Source of the DNA: Gemmatimonadota bacterium
GTDB taxonomy: Bacteria > Gemmatimonadota > Gemmatimonadetes > Gemmatimonadales > GWC2-71-9
Reading direction: 5' to 3'
Assembly (NCBI GenBank): GCA_039591655.1
Contig: JBDHDE010000041.1
Coordinates: forward strand, 1 to 24,843
DNA length: 24,843 nucleotides
Part shown: positions 23,398-24,843 of the stretch, piece after piece
How positions within the stretch are numbered: position 1 is the first letter of the stretch
How the letters are laid out: each line of letters begins with the position of its first letter
Notes under the pieces: generated by a model
The model's input: the letters and a program-made list of their open reading frames with translations, nothing else
What the model was told of the DNA's origin: nothing
Database searches by the model: none
Program-made: the position numbers and the translations under genes

Positions 23398-24843
23398 TCA
23401 GGCTGGGTAGAAGCGCTCGGCGCCTTCGGCCATGCGCTTAAGCCGAGGGCAGGGCGTGAAACGATCGCCATACTTCTGTGAGAGCTCCGAGAGCGTCTCG
23501 ACCGCCTGCTTGGCGCCGGTGTCATCCAGATAGCGGAGCGGGCCACCCCGGAAGGGAGCGAAGCCAATCCCGAACACCGCCCCGATGTCGCCGTCGCGGG
23601 GGGAGCGGACGACACCCTCGTCCAAAGCCCGGGCAGCCTCGTTCAACATGGCGAAGACCAGCCGCCGGGTGACGTCCTCCCGGGGCACCTTGGAGCTGGC
23701 AGCCGCTTCGATGATCTCGTAGATCGTCTCGTCTACCTCACGACGCTTGCCCTTCTCGTAGCGATAGAAGCCACTGCCGCCCTTGCGACCGAGGCGGCCG
23801 TCCTGTGTCATCCGCGCGAGGCCGTCCGTGGCCTTCATGCGCTCACCGAAAGCCTCGTGCAACACCTTCGAAGCCTCGTGCGCCACGTCGAGCCCCACCT
23901 CGTCGAGCAGCGTGATGGGCCCGACCGGGAACCCGAACCGGGTCATCGCTTTGTCGATGGTCTCGACGGTAACGCCCTCCTGGAGCAACCGTCCGGCCTC
24001 ATTCAGGTAGGGCGCGAGGATGCGGTTCACCCAGAAGCCTGGCTGGTCGCGCACCACGATCACCGTCTTCCCCAGCTCTCTGCCGAACGCGACCGCCGTG
24101 ACGGTCACCCACGGCGCGGTCTGATCGGTCACGATCACCTCGAGCAAAGGCATCTTCTCCACCGGGGAGAAGAAGTGCATCCCCACCACCCGCTCGGGTT
24201 GCTGGACGACGCCGGCGATCCGTGCGATGGGAATAGTGCTCGTGTTGGACGCGATCACGCACTCGTCGCTCACGTGCTGCTCCAGGGCGCGCATGACCTC
24301 GTGCTTCACCTCGAGGCTCTCGAACACCGCCTCGATCACGACGTCGCAGCGCCCGAACCCCTGCCACTCGGTGCCGCCCGACAGCAGCCGCTCCAGACGA
24401 CGGTATTCGTGTCGCGTGATGCGGCGGCGCTGGAGCCGCTCTTTGAGGATCTTGCGCGCACCCTCGATCCCCCGCCCCACACCGGCCAGATCCACGTCCC
24501 GGAATCGCACGTCCACGCCCGCTTGCGTCACCGCGACGCCGCCGATGGCCGCCCCCATGAAACCGGCGCCAACCACGCCCAAATTGGCCACCGGCCTGGG
24601 ATCCGGGACCTCGCCCTCGACCCCGGGGTCCTTCTTCAGCGCCGTAGTGGCGAAGAAGATGCGCACCAGATTGCGGGACACGTCGCTCACCGCCAGCTCG
24701 GCGAACAGAGCCGCCTCCATGTCCAGACCGGCCTCGAGGCCGTACTTGATCCCGTGTCGCACCGCGGTGAGGGCGGCCTCCGGGGCAGGGTAGTGCCCGC
24801 CGGTCTTCTTGAGCAGTTGCTTCTTGGCAGTGGTGAAGACGAC
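23398..24843 (-). CDS. fadJ: Fatty acid oxidation complex alpha subunit (3-hydroxyacyl-CoA dehydrogenase part; 5' truncated)
   Basis: Frame open to the window edge (KKTGGHYPAP); GAGFMG, IEAVFE, SNTS, GMHFFSPVEKMPLLE, GFWVNR, GDIGAVFGIGFAPFRGGP. Confidence 0.93.
   Translation of the reverse strand, partial: VVFTTAKKQLLKKTGGHYPAPEAALTAVRHGIKYGLEAGLDMEAALFAELAVSDVSRNLVRIFFATTALKKDPGVEGEVPDPRPVANLGVVGAGFMGAAIGGVAVTQAGVDVRFRDVDLAGVGRGIEGARKILKERLQRRRITRHEYRRLERLLSGGTEWQGFGRCDVVIEAVFESLEVKHEVMRALEQHVSDECVIASNTSTIPIARIAGVVQQPERVVGMHFFSPVEKMPLLEVIVTDQTAPWVTVTAVAFGRELGKTVIVVRDQPGFWVNRILAPYLNEAGRLLQEGVTVETIDKAMTRFGFPVGPITLLDEVGLDVAHEASKVLHEAFGERMKATDGLARMTQDGRLGRKGGSGFYRYEKGKRREVDETIYEIIEAAASSKVPREDVTRRLVFAMLNEAARALDEGVVRSPRDGDIGAVFGIGFAPFRGGPLRYLDDTGAKQAVETLSELSQKYGDRFTPCPRLKRMAEGAERFYPA

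Overview
GC-rich bacterial chromosomal window, densely coding, with about 19 genes and no rRNA, tRNA, CRISPR, transposase or phage genes recognised. Gene content and the small hypothetical genes suggest Gemmatimonadota (inference only). Order: 5'-truncated multi-TM/GAF/MCP chemoreceptor; beta-barrel + 6x TSP3 + OmpA protein; DUF4015 putative glycoside hydrolase; reverse-fused (small-then-large) aconitase/IPMI-family enzyme; beta-propeller lipoprotein coupled to an M28 peptidase lacking the catalytic Glu; QW-repeat helical protein with a probable CTG start; a cluster of structured intergenic repeats; TrmB- and TetR-family regulators, each with a palindrome at its start; Lon preceded by two sigma-54-like motifs; small hypothetical; Hanks kinase with 2TM and coiled-coil tail; and a minus-strand run fadJ (partial), proline dehydrogenase, hypothetical, rsgA, DUF1015, hypothetical, fused 2-oxoacid dehydrogenase E1. 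No complete new system can be shown from sequence alone. The strongest leads are the post-stop-codon repeat family with variable but still complementary 3' arms, the orphan reverse-fused aconitase, the M28 pseudo-enzyme/lipoprotein pair, the kinase architecture and sigma-54-type control of lon.
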